Origin: Chloroflexota bacterium
Lineage (GTDB): Bacteria; Chloroflexota; Limnocylindria; Limnocylindrales; CSP1-4
Direction of reading: 5' to 3'
Assembly (NCBI GenBank): GCA_034667005.1
Contig: JAXDKU010000139.1
Span: 1-63,982, forward strand
DNA: 63,982 bases
The notes under the pieces are model-generated. The model ran no database searches and had not been told where the DNA came from. It saw nothing but the letters and a program-made list of their open reading frames with translations. A program made the translations under genes and the position numbers. Below are positions 41,809 through 50,269 of this stretch, piece after piece (the first letter of the stretch is position 1; each line of letters starts with the position of its first letter).

Positions 41809-43080
41809 GTGAAGAAAGTGGTCCTGGCCTACTCCGGCGGGCTCGACACGTCGGTCGCTGTGGCGTGGCTGCGCGAGCAGTACGGGGTCGAGGTCGTCAC
41901 GCTGACCGTTGACGTCGGCGGCGGGTCGCTGCGCGAGGGTGTTGCCCAGCGTGCCATGAGCGCCGGCGCATCGCGCGCCTACGTGGTCGACGCCCGCGAC
42001 CGGTTCGTCCGCCAGTTCGTCTGGCCGAGCCTCCAGGCCAACGCCAGGTACCAGGGCGTCTACCCGCTCGCCACGGCGCTCGCCCGCCCGCTGATCGCGC
42101 AGCTGCTCGTCGAGGTGGCCAACCGGGAGCGTGCCGACGCCGTCGCGCATGGCTGCACCGGGAAGGGCAACGACCAGGTGCGTTTCGACGTGGCCGTTCA
42201 CGCGCTCGACCGGAAGCTCGAGGTCGTCGCACCCATGCGGGTCGGCATGGGCCTCTCGCGCGACCAGGAGATCGAGTACGCGCAGGCGCGCAACATCGAG
42301 ATCCCGGTAACGAAGTCGTCCCCGTACTCCATCGACGTGAACCTGTGGGGTCGCTCGATCGAGACCGGCATCCTCGAAGACCCCTGGGCGACACCCCCGA
42401 ACGACGTCTACGAGTGGACCGTGAACCCGGGCGACGCGCCCGAGGTGCCCGCGGAGGTCGTCATCGGCTTCGACGGCGGCGTCCCGGTCTCCATCGATGG
42501 AGAGCTGCTGCCCGCGGTCGAGCTGGTCGATCGGCTGAACGGGCTCGGGGGCAAGCACGGCGTCGGCCGTATAGACCATGTTGAGGATCGACTGGTCGGC
42601 ATCAAGAGTCGTGAAATCTACGAAGCGCCGGCGGCCGTGATCCTCCACGCCGCCCACGCTGCTCTCGAGGGGCTCACGCTGAGCAAGCAGTCACTGCGCT
42701 TCAACCGGATGGTCAGCGATCAGGTCGCCCAGGACGTCTACGACGGCCTCTGGTTCAGCGCGCTGGAGCGCGACCTGCGCTCGTACGTCGCCGCATCCCA
42801 GACGGTCGTGAACGGCCAGGTGCGCATGCGACTGGACCATGGCAGTGCCGTCATCGTCGGGCGCCGTTCCGACGACTCGCTCTACGACCGCGCCCTGGCG
42901 ACGTACGACGAGGAGGATGCGTTCGATCACGAGGCCGCGGTCGGCTTCATCCGCATCTTCGGGCTCCCCTTGAAGACCGAGGCGGCGCGACACGGCTCAG
43001 CCTGGAGCTGGACCGAGCCGCTGCTCAACGGGCTGTCCGTGGAGGTCGCCGACGCGCCCCAGGAAGTCAAGGCAGGCTGA
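41809..43080 (+). CDS. argG: Argininosuccinate synthase
   Basis: GTG 41809 follows GGAGGAAAC. It contains VVLAYSGGLDTSV, HGCTGKGNDQVRF and the GRIDHVEDRLVGIKSRE region. Confidence 0.92.
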   Translation: MKKVVLAYSGGLDTSVAVAWLREQYGVEVVTLTVDVGGGSLREGVAQRAMSAGASRAYVVDARDRFVRQFVWPSLQANARYQGVYPLATALARPLIAQLLVEVANRERADAVAHGCTGKGNDQVRFDVAVHALDRKLEVVAPMRVGMGLSRDQEIEYAQARNIEIPVTKSSPYSIDVNLWGRSIETGILEDPWATPPNDVYEWTVNPGDAPEVPAEVVIGFDGGVPVSIDGELLPAVELVDRLNGLGGKHGVGRIDHVEDRLVGIKSREIYEAPAAVILHAAHAALEGLTLSKQSLRFNRMVSDQVAQDVYDGLWFSALERDLRSYVAASQTVVNGQVRMRLDHGSAVIVGRRSDDSLYDRALATYDEEDAFDHEAAVGFIRIFGLPLKTEAARHGSAWSWTEPLLNGLSVEVADAPQEVKAG

Positions 43081-43139
43081 GGTGAACGCCCGCTGACTGG
43101 AATGCCGGGGGGCAGGGGACTCCAACTGCGCCTCCGGCC

Positions 43140-44582
43140 GTGAGGGCCTGGGGCGGACGCTTCGCCGCCGGGTCCGATCCGCTGGCGGCCGACTTCTCGC
43201 GATCCATCGAGATCGACCAAGAGCTCGCGGCCGACGACATCCGCGGCAGCGTCGCCCACGTGCGCGGGCTCTGGCGCGCGGGCCTCCTCACGCCCAAGGA
43301 GACCGCGGCGCTCCTCGAGGGGCTGCGAACGCTCGACGAGGAGGTCGCGGCTGGCACCTTCGCGTGGGACCCGGAGCTGGAGGACGTCCACCTCAACCTG
43401 GAGATGGCGCTCACCGAACGCGTCGGCCCGGTGGGAGGAAAGGTCCACACGGGACGGTCCCGGAACGACCAGGTCGCGACGGACCTGCGCCTCTGGTCGC
43501 GTCGCCGCGTCGATCAGCTGGACGAGCGGCTGCTCGACCTGGAGCGTGCCCTCGTCACGGTCGCCCTCCGCGAGGCCGCGACGGTGATGCCCGGCCACAC
43601 GCACGCGCAGCCGGCGCAGCCGGTTCTGCTGGCGCACCACCTCCTCGCCTACGTGGAGATGCTGGAGCGCGATCGCGGCCGGTTCAGCGACGCTCGACGA
43701 CGGTTGAACCTCTCCCCGCTCGGTTCTGGGGCGCTCGCCGGCGCGGGCCACCCCATCGACCGTGCCTCCGTCGCCGCGGAGCTCGGCTTCGAGGGCGTGA
43801 CGGCCAATTCGATCGATGCCGTCGGCGACCGCGACTTCGTGGTCGAGCTGCTCGCCGACGCGGCCCTGGCCATGACGCACCTCTCGCACCTGGCCGAGGA
43901 GATCGTCTGGTGGTCGACGCCGGCCTTCGGGTTCGTGCGGCTCTCGGACTCCTTCTCGACGGGCTCTTCGATGATGCCCAACAAGCGCAACCCGGATCCC
44001 GCGGAGCTGGTCCGCGGCCGCACCAGCCGGGTGATCGGCGAGCTGACGACCGTGCTCGTGCTGCTGAAGGGCCTTCCGGCCGGCTACCAGCGGGACCTCC
44101 AGGAGGACAAGCCCGCGCTCTTCGACGCGCTGCACGTCCTGGACTCCTCGCTCGCCGTGCTCGCGGGAGCGGTCGCCTCGTTGAGCGTGGATCGCGAGCG
44201 GCTGCTCGCCGCCGTCGAGCACGGCTTCATCACCGCGACATCCGTCGCGGACGCGCTCTCGCAGGAAGGCATCGCGTTCCGCTCCGCACACCAGATCGTC
44301 GGCGGGATCGTGGCGGAGGCGGAGCGGCGCGGGATCGGGCTCGACGAGGTCGACGAGGAGATCGTCGCCGACGCGCTGATGGGGTCCGACGACCACACGG
44401 CGCGCGCCCTCGCCAGCGACCCGGATGCACCGGACCGGATCCGGGCCGCCGCCGGCCTGGAGGCCGCACTGGCCCGCTTCGACGTCATCGGTGGCACGGC
44501 GCCGCATCGCGTCCGCGCAGCCCTGGCCGCCGCCGCCGAGCGGTTGGGGATCGAAGACGAGGAGAATTCCGCGCCCGCTTGA
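43140..44582 (+). CDS. argH: Argininosuccinate lyase
   Basis: GTG start. It contains WGGRF, HTGRSRNDQV and the fumarate-lyase signature GSSMMPNKRNPD. Confidence 0.92.
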   Translation: MRAWGGRFAAGSDPLAADFSRSIEIDQELAADDIRGSVAHVRGLWRAGLLTPKETAALLEGLRTLDEEVAAGTFAWDPELEDVHLNLEMALTERVGPVGGKVHTGRSRNDQVATDLRLWSRRRVDQLDERLLDLERALVTVALREAATVMPGHTHAQPAQPVLLAHHLLAYVEMLERDRGRFSDARRRLNLSPLGSGALAGAGHPIDRASVAAELGFEGVTANSIDAVGDRDFVVELLADAALAMTHLSHLAEEIVWWSTPAFGFVRLSDSFSTGSSMMPNKRNPDPAELVRGRTSRVIGELTTVLVLLKGLPAGYQRDLQEDKPALFDALHVLDSSLAVLAGAVASLSVDRERLLAAVEHGFITATSVADALSQEGIAFRSAHQIVGGIVAEAERRGIGLDEVDEEIVADALMGSDDHTARALASDPDAPDRIRAAAGLEAALARFDVIGGTAPHRVRAALAAAAERLGIEDEENSAPA

Positions 44583-44643
44583 CGCGATGGCCCCGCTCCG
44601 TTCGATGCGAGGGTCCGGTTCTACGGGCTCTGGTCCGCTTGGA

Positions 44644-45972
44644 TCAGCGAAACGGAACCAGCTGGCGGCTGAGCCCATCCGCCGGCTCCGACCGCAGCCG
44701 GGCTGCGCCAGCACGACCGTTCGCCGCCACCAGCTCGGCCGGCTGCGGATGCGACAGGAACAAGGGCATCGACTCCGTGAAGCCGTAGGCGCCCGTGTCC
44801 ATGATGCACAGCAGGTCCCCGGTGCGCGGCTCCGGCATCCGCACGTCCGTGGCGAGCACGTCGAGCCCGGTGCACAGCGGCCCGACGACGTCCACGCGGC
44901 GCTCCGGCCGGCCTTCGTCCACGGCAGCCGCGCCGACTCGCACCACGCGCTGCGACTGGCCGATGAGCGCGGGCCGCACCAGCTGGTGGATGCCGCCGTC
45001 GACGACGCAGATGACGCGGTCTCCCCGAGGCTTCACCCGGACGACCCGGACGACGTAGGCGCCGATCGGCCCCGCGAGCCACCGCCCCGGCTCGAGCACG
45101 AGCCGCGCCCTCGCGAGCGCGGGACGTTCGACCCAGGACGCGGTTTCCGTGGCCAGGCCGTCGCGCAGGCGCTCGAGGTCGAGCGGTTGCTGGTCGTCGC
45201 CGTACGGGATTCCGAGGCCGCCCCCGCCGTCGAGCAGCTGGATCGGCAGGCCGTGGCGCTGGCTGACGGCTTCGGCCCGTTCGGCCAGGCTGCGGATGCC
45301 GTCGAGCAGCGCGTCCGCGTCGAGGACGTTGGATGCGCCGAACGCGTGCAGGCCAAGCAGCTGGTACGGCGAGCCCGGCCCGAAGGCGGCGCCAGATCGG
45401 TGCAGGCGGTCGATCGCCTCGTCGACCTCCTCCGGGAGGAGCCCGAACTTGGCCGAACCGGCGCCGATGATCGGCGTGCTCTCGGCGTGGCCGTCGACGG
45501 CCAGGCGCAGCATCAGCCCCTGGCCGGGGTGCGCCACGCCGGCCAGCTCGATCAGCGCGTCGAGCTCGTCCAGGGACTCCACGGTGATCGCGCGGACGCC
45601 CAGGCGCAGCGCGCCGCCGAGCTCCGCGTCGGTCTTGCCGGGGCCGGTGAAGACGATTCGCTCCAGGGCGATGCCGGCACGGATGGCCGCCTGGAGCTCC
45701 CCGGCCGATGCAACGTCCGCGCCGACGCCCAAGCGCGCCAGGCGCGACAGCACGGCCAGCGACGGATTCGCCTTGACCGCGAACGCGAGGTCCCCGTTGG
45801 GCGGCAGCGCGCGGCGCAGCAGCGCGACGCGATCCGCGAGCACGTCCAGGTCGTAGAGGAAGAAAGGCGTGCCGTAGAGGCCTGCGAGGTCCTGAGGATC
45901 GACGCCGGCAAGCCGCTCCCCCGCGACGATTCGCGGCTCGCTTGCGACAGCGGCATCCATCACGGCCGTCAT
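44644..45972 (-). CDS. lysA: Diaminopimelate decarboxylase
   Basis: It contains TPFFLYD, FAVKAN (PLP lysine), GGGLGIPY and CTGLDVL. ATGA overlap with dapD upstream supports the lysA assignment by context. Confidence 0.85.
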   Translation of the reverse strand: MTAVMDAAVASEPRIVAGERLAGVDPQDLAGLYGTPFFLYDLDVLADRVALLRRALPPNGDLAFAVKANPSLAVLSRLARLGVGADVASAGELQAAIRAGIALERIVFTGPGKTDAELGGALRLGVRAITVESLDELDALIELAGVAHPGQGLMLRLAVDGHAESTPIIGAGSAKFGLLPEEVDEAIDRLHRSGAAFGPGSPYQLLGLHAFGASNVLDADALLDGIRSLAERAEAVSQRHGLPIQLLDGGGGLGIPYGDDQQPLDLERLRDGLATETASWVERPALARARLVLEPGRWLAGPIGAYVVRVVRVKPRGDRVICVVDGGIHQLVRPALIGQSQRVVRVGAAAVDEGRPERRVDVVGPLCTGLDVLATDVRMPEPRTGDLLCIMDTGAYGFTESMPLFLSHPQPAELVAANGRAGAARLRSEPADGLSRQLVPFR

Positions 45973-46877
45973 CGGAGCGCGCCTTCCAGCGCCGTGCGCG
46001 CGTCGGTGGACGCGTCACGACGCTTGACGATCACCGGCACGGCCACGGCGATCCCGTTGGCCGCCGCGAACGCTCCGGCCGCGGGACGCGAACCCGGCAC
46101 GACCACGGAGCCGTCCGGCACCCGGAGCGGTGCGTCGGGCGTGCCGCGGAGCTCGCGCCCGTCCACGAGGTCGACCAGCCGGCCCTGCCCCGTGAGGATG
46201 ACCCCGGCGCCGAGGACGGCGCCACGGCCCACCACGACGCCCTCGTAGAGGCCGCAGCCGCCCCCGATGAATGCGTCGTCCTCCACGATGACCGGGCGCG
46301 CGCCGGCCGGCTCCAGGACGCCGCCCACCTGGACGGCGGCCGAAAGGTGGACGCGTTCCCCGACCTGGGCGCACGAACCGACGAGCGCGTGGGAGTCGAC
46401 CATGGAGCCACGCCCGACCCACGCCCCGACGTTGACGAACGCGGGTGGCACGATGGTGACGCCCGGCTCGAGGTGCGCGCCGGCACGCACCGTGGTGCCG
46501 CCCGGGACGACCCGGATCGGTGCGCCCGCGGCCACCGCGGCCCGCGCCGCCGCGCCGTCCAGCAGATCCACGACGCCGACCGCGGCCCGGTCGCGCGCCG
46601 CGAAGATGTCCCCGGCGCGATAGTCCCGCAGCTCCGGCAGCCGGAACGCGAGCAGGATGCCCTGCTTCACCCAGGCGTTGACGCGCCACCCGCCAACGGC
46701 GTCCGCGTCGGGCTCGGCGGCTCGCAGCGAGCCGGATTCCAGCTCGCCGAGCAGCTCGGCGACGCCGGCGCGGACCTCCGACACGAGGTCGTCCGACGGG
46801 GCGCCGCCGGCCGACTGCCACTCTGCCGAGAGCCGCTCCAGGCGAGCGCGGAGGCCGGTCGTCGTGGCCAGCGTCAT
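45969..46877 (-). CDS. dapD: 2,3,4,5-tetrahydropyridine-2,6-dicarboxylate N-succinyltransferase (hexapeptide-repeat acyltransferase)
   Basis: Lies in ORF 45969..47702 with start ATG 46877 overlapping the dapA stop. WVKQGILL is present. Left-handed beta-helix hexapeptide repeats (VGAWVGRGSMVDSHALVGSCAQVGERVHLSAAVQVGGV) are followed by IGGGCG. Confidence 0.8.
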   Translation of the reverse strand: MTLATTTGLRARLERLSAEWQSAGGAPSDDLVSEVRAGVAELLGELESGSLRAAEPDADAVGGWRVNAWVKQGILLAFRLPELRDYRAGDIFAARDRAAVGVVDLLDGAAARAAVAAGAPIRVVPGGTTVRAGAHLEPGVTIVPPAFVNVGAWVGRGSMVDSHALVGSCAQVGERVHLSAAVQVGGVLEPAGARPVIVEDDAFIGGGCGLYEGVVVGRGAVLGAGVILTGQGRLVDLVDGRELRGTPDAPLRVPDGSVVVPGSRPAAGAFAAANGIAVAVPVIVKRRDASTDARTALEGALR

Positions 46878-47812
46878 CACGCCACGGCCGCTTCGGCGGG
46901 GATCAGGCCGGCCGCGTCCAGCACGGCGTGAAGACGTGCCCGGTGCTCGTCGGCGAGCGGCAGCAGCGGCTGCCGGACCATGTCGGTGGCCAGGCCCATG
47001 GCTGCCAGGGCGGCCTTCACCGGCACTGGGTTGGGCGAGATGAAGTTGATGCGGAAGAGATCCAGGTAGCGCTCGTGGAGCCGTCGCGCCTCCTCCCAGT
47101 CGCCGACCCGCGCCGCGGCGCAGAGTGCCGTCATCTGGGATGGGATCTCGTTCGACGCCACGGACACGACCCCATCGCCGCCGTGTGCCAGCACCGTCAG
47201 CGTCCACGCATCGTCCCCGGCGAGGACGCTGAAGCCCTCCGGCCGGTCGCGGAGGATCGTGGCGATCTGGTCGAGGTTCGCCGAGGCCTCCTTCACGGCA
47301 ACGATCCGGGGATGCTCGGCCAGCCGGAGCAGCGTGGCCGCCTCCACGTTCGTGCCCGTCCGCGACGGCACGTTGTACACCACGACCGGGAGCGCACCGT
47401 CGTCGGCGACCGCGCGGTAGTGCGCCTCGAGCATCCGCTGGTCCGGCCGGTTGTAGTAGGGCGTCACGACGAGGGCGGCGTCGGCGCCGAGCTCCGCGGC
47501 GCGGCGCGTGGCCGCGATCGTCGCCCGCGTGTCGTTCGTGCCCGTTCCGGCGATCACGGTGACGCGGCCCTGGGCTCGCGAGCCGCGGGCGGCCTCGACG
47601 GCCATGCCGATGACGGTCTCGCGCTCGTCCTCCGTCAGCGTGGGCGACTCGCCGGTCGTGCCGCACGGCACGAGCCCGTCGATGCCCGCCAGCACCTGCC
47701 ACGAGACGAGGTTGCGGAAGGCCTCTGCGTCGAGGGAGCCGTCCCTGCGGAACGGGGTGACGAGGGCGGTGAAGGCGCCGCGGAGGGTGGGGGTGGTCGT
47801 CGTGCGGGTCAT
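46877..47812 (-). CDS. dapA: 4-hydroxy-tetrahydrodipicolinate synthase
   Basis: It contains GAFTALVTPF, GTTGESPTL, TPYYN and AVKEAS (Schiff-base lysine). Confidence 0.92.
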   Translation of the reverse strand: MTRTTTTPTLRGAFTALVTPFRRDGSLDAEAFRNLVSWQVLAGIDGLVPCGTTGESPTLTEDERETVIGMAVEAARGSRAQGRVTVIAGTGTNDTRATIAATRRAAELGADAALVVTPYYNRPDQRMLEAHYRAVADDGALPVVVYNVPSRTGTNVEAATLLRLAEHPRIVAVKEASANLDQIATILRDRPEGFSVLAGDDAWTLTVLAHGGDGVVSVASNEIPSQMTALCAAARVGDWEEARRLHERYLDLFRINFISPNPVPVKAALAAMGLATDMVRQPLLPLADEHRARLHAVLDAAGLIPAEAAVA

Positions 47813-47867
47813 CGGGATCTCCTTTCCGTCGGTGGTGTTCGGTGGTCTTCCATGTCGGTCGGATGGG

Positions 47868-48659
47868 TCACGCGACGGCGAGCTCGGACTGGGTGGTCAC
47901 CAGCTCGCGCACGAGCGCGTCGAACGGGATCAGGCCGGGCGCTCGGGCCGGCTCGGCGAGGAGGCGGTCCGCCGCAAGCAGAGCGCCCGACACGTACGCC
48001 GACCGGTCGCGCGCCGTGACGCGGAGCTCGATCGACTCCCCTGGAGCGTCGAAGCCGACGACGTGCATCCCGGGCGAGGCGCCGGCGCGCAGCGCCACGA
48101 CCTCCAGGGTGTCGCGTTCGGGCGCGCCCGGCCCGTCCGCGAGCAGGGCACGCCGCTTGGCGGGGAGGTGCGGAATCAGGCGGTTCGCGATCGACAGCGC
48201 CGTGCCGCTCGGCCGGTCCGCCTTGGCGCGGCGGTGCCACTCGAACACGTACGGGTCGTACTCCTCGAACCGGCCGAAGAGACGCGCCGCCTCGACGGCG
48301 AGCTCCGCGAACAGGATCGCGCCGAGGCTGAACGTTGGAGCGACCACGGCCCGGGCGTTCGACTCGGCCAGGCGCTCGTCCAGTGCCGACTGGACCGCCA
48401 CATCGGCGCTCCAGCCCGTCGTGCCGACGACCAGCGCGCGGCAACCCGCCCGCAGGGCGTAGTCCACGTTCTGCATCAGGCTCGACGCGTGGCTGAACTC
48501 GAAGCAGACGTCCACGCGTCCCAGCGTCCGCGGCTCGGGCCGCGGCGCGCTGTCCGGCCCGGGGCGGCCGACGAACGCCGCGACCTCGTCGCTGCGTTCC
48601 TCCAGCGCCGAGCGGATGGCGCGTCCCATGTTCCCGGTGCCCGTGATGAGTGCTCGCAT
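47868..48659 (-). CDS. dapB: 4-hydroxy-tetrahydrodipicolinate reductase
   Basis: Lies in ORF 47868..48725 with start ATG 48659 after GAGGGAG. It contains GTGNMGRA, VVGTTGW, EWHRRAK.DRPSGTA and DR..Y..GAL. Confidence 0.88.
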   Translation of the reverse strand: MRALITGTGNMGRAIRSALEERSDEVAAFVGRPGPDSAPRPEPRTLGRVDVCFEFSHASSLMQNVDYALRAGCRALVVGTTGWSADVAVQSALDERLAESNARAVVAPTFSLGAILFAELAVEAARLFGRFEEYDPYVFEWHRRAKADRPSGTALSIANRLIPHLPAKRRALLADGPGAPERDTLEVVALRAGASPGMHVVGFDAPGESIELRVTARDRSAYVSGALLAADRLLAEPARAPGLIPFDALVRELVTTQSELAVA

Positions 48660-48727
48660 CGTGATGCTCCCTCTGGTCGGTTGAGGAGCTGCTGGTCGGG
48701 TCCGGCTCCGATGTGCTCGATGCACAC

Positions 48728-48763
48728 AAAAAGGCCGCAGTCACCACCCTGGTGTCTGCGGCC
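48728..48763 (-). terminator. Rho-independent terminator (minus strand): GGCCGCAG ... CTGCGGCC followed by TTTTT
   Basis: The stem arms are at 48763..48756 and 48740..48733, and the T-tract (minus strand) is at 48732..48728. It lies about 200 nt downstream of the secreted-protein gene and about 70 nt upstream of the dapB start. Confidence 0.7.
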
Positions 48764-48956
48764 CTGGGAGCCTGCCCGGCAGGCTCCCTGTCGCGTCGTG
48801 TGACGCGCGAAGCCCGCTAGGCCGCTGCCTCCCGGCAGGGCCGCTCGAGCTTGCGCTTCGATACGACGAGGTTGAAGTTCATGGTCCGCGCACTATGCCA
48901 CGGCCTGTCAAGCCGCGACGGTGCCATTTCGGTCGCGATGACCCTGGAGCTCGCCG

Positions 48957-50252
48957 TCACGGGTTCTCCGAGACCACGAATACGATCTTGCCGGATGTCG
49001 CGTCGCTGCCGCCGACCTGCACGTGATACGTGCCGGCAGGGAGCGCACCGGTGTCGTCGGGGACGCCTTCGAGGGCACAGGCCTCGGACGAGAGCCCTCC
49101 AAGGCTGGAGCCCGAGTAGACCGCGGCGAACATGTGCTCGTCGGATGACGAACCAACCTGGATGTTCAGGGAGCTGGTCCCACCCAGCACCACGCTGTAC
49201 CAGCGTGTCGCGCCGGGGAACGTCGCGCACGGAGGGACCGGCTCGGTCGGCTGCCAGGTGGCTTTCCGCGTCGTGACGCTGGGCGAGAGCGAGTCGAGCT
49301 CGATCGGCTCCGCCGTCGCGTAATCGTCGTTGGACGGTCGCGTCACCGCCCGAAGCGTCAGCTCGGTGTTCCCGGAGCTGCTGTGCCAGCCACCGACCTG
49401 GAAGAAGTAGGTCTTGCCTTTGGCGGCCTTGAACGTGACCAGCGATTGGTAGGTGTCGTAGCCCCTGCTGGTGTCGTCGTTGCAGGCACCGAGGATGTCG
49501 CTCAGCGAAGCGGCCGACGTCCCCTTGTAGACGGCCAGGATCGTGTCGTAGTCGCTGCCCAGCGTGTCGACCTGGATGGTGACGTTCTTCGGCGCGGTAT
49601 AGCGGAACCAGGTGTCGGCGCCGATGTCGTCGCACGATGCCTCGCGCTGTGTGGACGGGTGCGTGGCGCTCCGGTTCGAGAAGCTGGCGCTGAACGGCAG
49701 CTTCCCGATGGTCGTTGCCGCGGCTGCGTCGTCGTTGGACGGCCGCGTCACCTTCCGGAGGTGGAGCTCGAGCGTCCTCCCCGCCGGGTCCTCGAACGTG
49801 AGGACCTGGATCTTGTAGGCGACGTTGGCGTGCGCGACCCACGTGAGGCTGGAAGCCTGCACCAGGTCGTCCTGGTCGATCTCGTCCGCGCAGTCGACGA
49901 GGCTCAATGCGCCCAGGGACGACCCCGTGTAGACGGCGATGCCGCCGGCGAAGTCGCTACCGATCGTGTCGGCGCGAACCGTGACGGTGGTGGTGGGCGT
50001 GTACTGGAACCAGACGCTCCCCTCCGGACCGGCGTGGTCCTGGAGGCATTTCGACGCAGGCTCGCTGCCCTCCATCGTCGCCTCGGCGATGCTCTGGGTC
50101 ACGTTCGCAGGGACGGAGCCGATCGAGGTCCGCGCGGAGAAGTCGTCGTTGCTCGGCGGCGCCGCGGAAACCGTGGGAGCGACGAACGCCCCGAGGCAGA
50201 GGCTGAGCAGGGTGGCCGCGGCCAGGCTGCGGATGGACATGCGGGACGTCAT
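48957..50252 (-). CDS. Secreted protein made of three tandem beta-sandwich repeats (pre-peptidase C-terminal/PPC-like), no catalytic domain recognised
   Basis: Lies in ORF 48957..50927. Start ATG 50252 is 9 nt after GGAGAGG; ATG 50273/50240 are alternatives. The signal peptide is MSIRSLAAATLLSLCLGAFVAPTVSAA. There are three repeats of PSNDD(F/A/Y)..A..I..LP...N..AT..EP..C......W(F/Y).(Y/F)T......V.T.GS.(F/Y)D..(I/L)AVY.G.S...L. Confidence 0.8.
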   Translation of the reverse strand: MTSRMSIRSLAAATLLSLCLGAFVAPTVSAAPPSNDDFSARTSIGSVPANVTQSIAEATMEGSEPASKCLQDHAGPEGSVWFQYTPTTTVTVRADTIGSDFAGGIAVYTGSSLGALSLVDCADEIDQDDLVQASSLTWVAHANVAYKIQVLTFEDPAGRTLELHLRKVTRPSNDDAAAATTIGKLPFSASFSNRSATHPSTQREASCDDIGADTWFRYTAPKNVTIQVDTLGSDYDTILAVYKGTSAASLSDILGACNDDTSRGYDTYQSLVTFKAAKGKTYFFQVGGWHSSSGNTELTLRAVTRPSNDDYATAEPIELDSLSPSVTTRKATWQPTEPVPPCATFPGATRWYSVVLGGTSSLNIQVGSSSDEHMFAAVYSGSSLGGLSSEACALEGVPDDTGALPAGTYHVQVGGSDATSGKIVFVVSENP

Positions 50253-50269
50253 GAACGGGTGCCTCTCCA

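Noticed and set aside
48817-48882. 21-codon ORF (MNFNLVVSKRKLERPCREAAA) as a lysine-sensing leader peptide for dapB
   Set aside because: It has only two Lys codons and no obvious RBS, and I could not trace an alternative anti-terminator pairing. It is more likely a chance ORF.
48660-48956. Lysine (L-box) riboswitch upstream of dapB
   Set aside because: The characteristic AGAGGCGC ... GAGTA ... GCCGAAG ... CTGTCA order is absent on the minus strand. The only GGCCTGTCAAG-like match is on the wrong (plus) strand.
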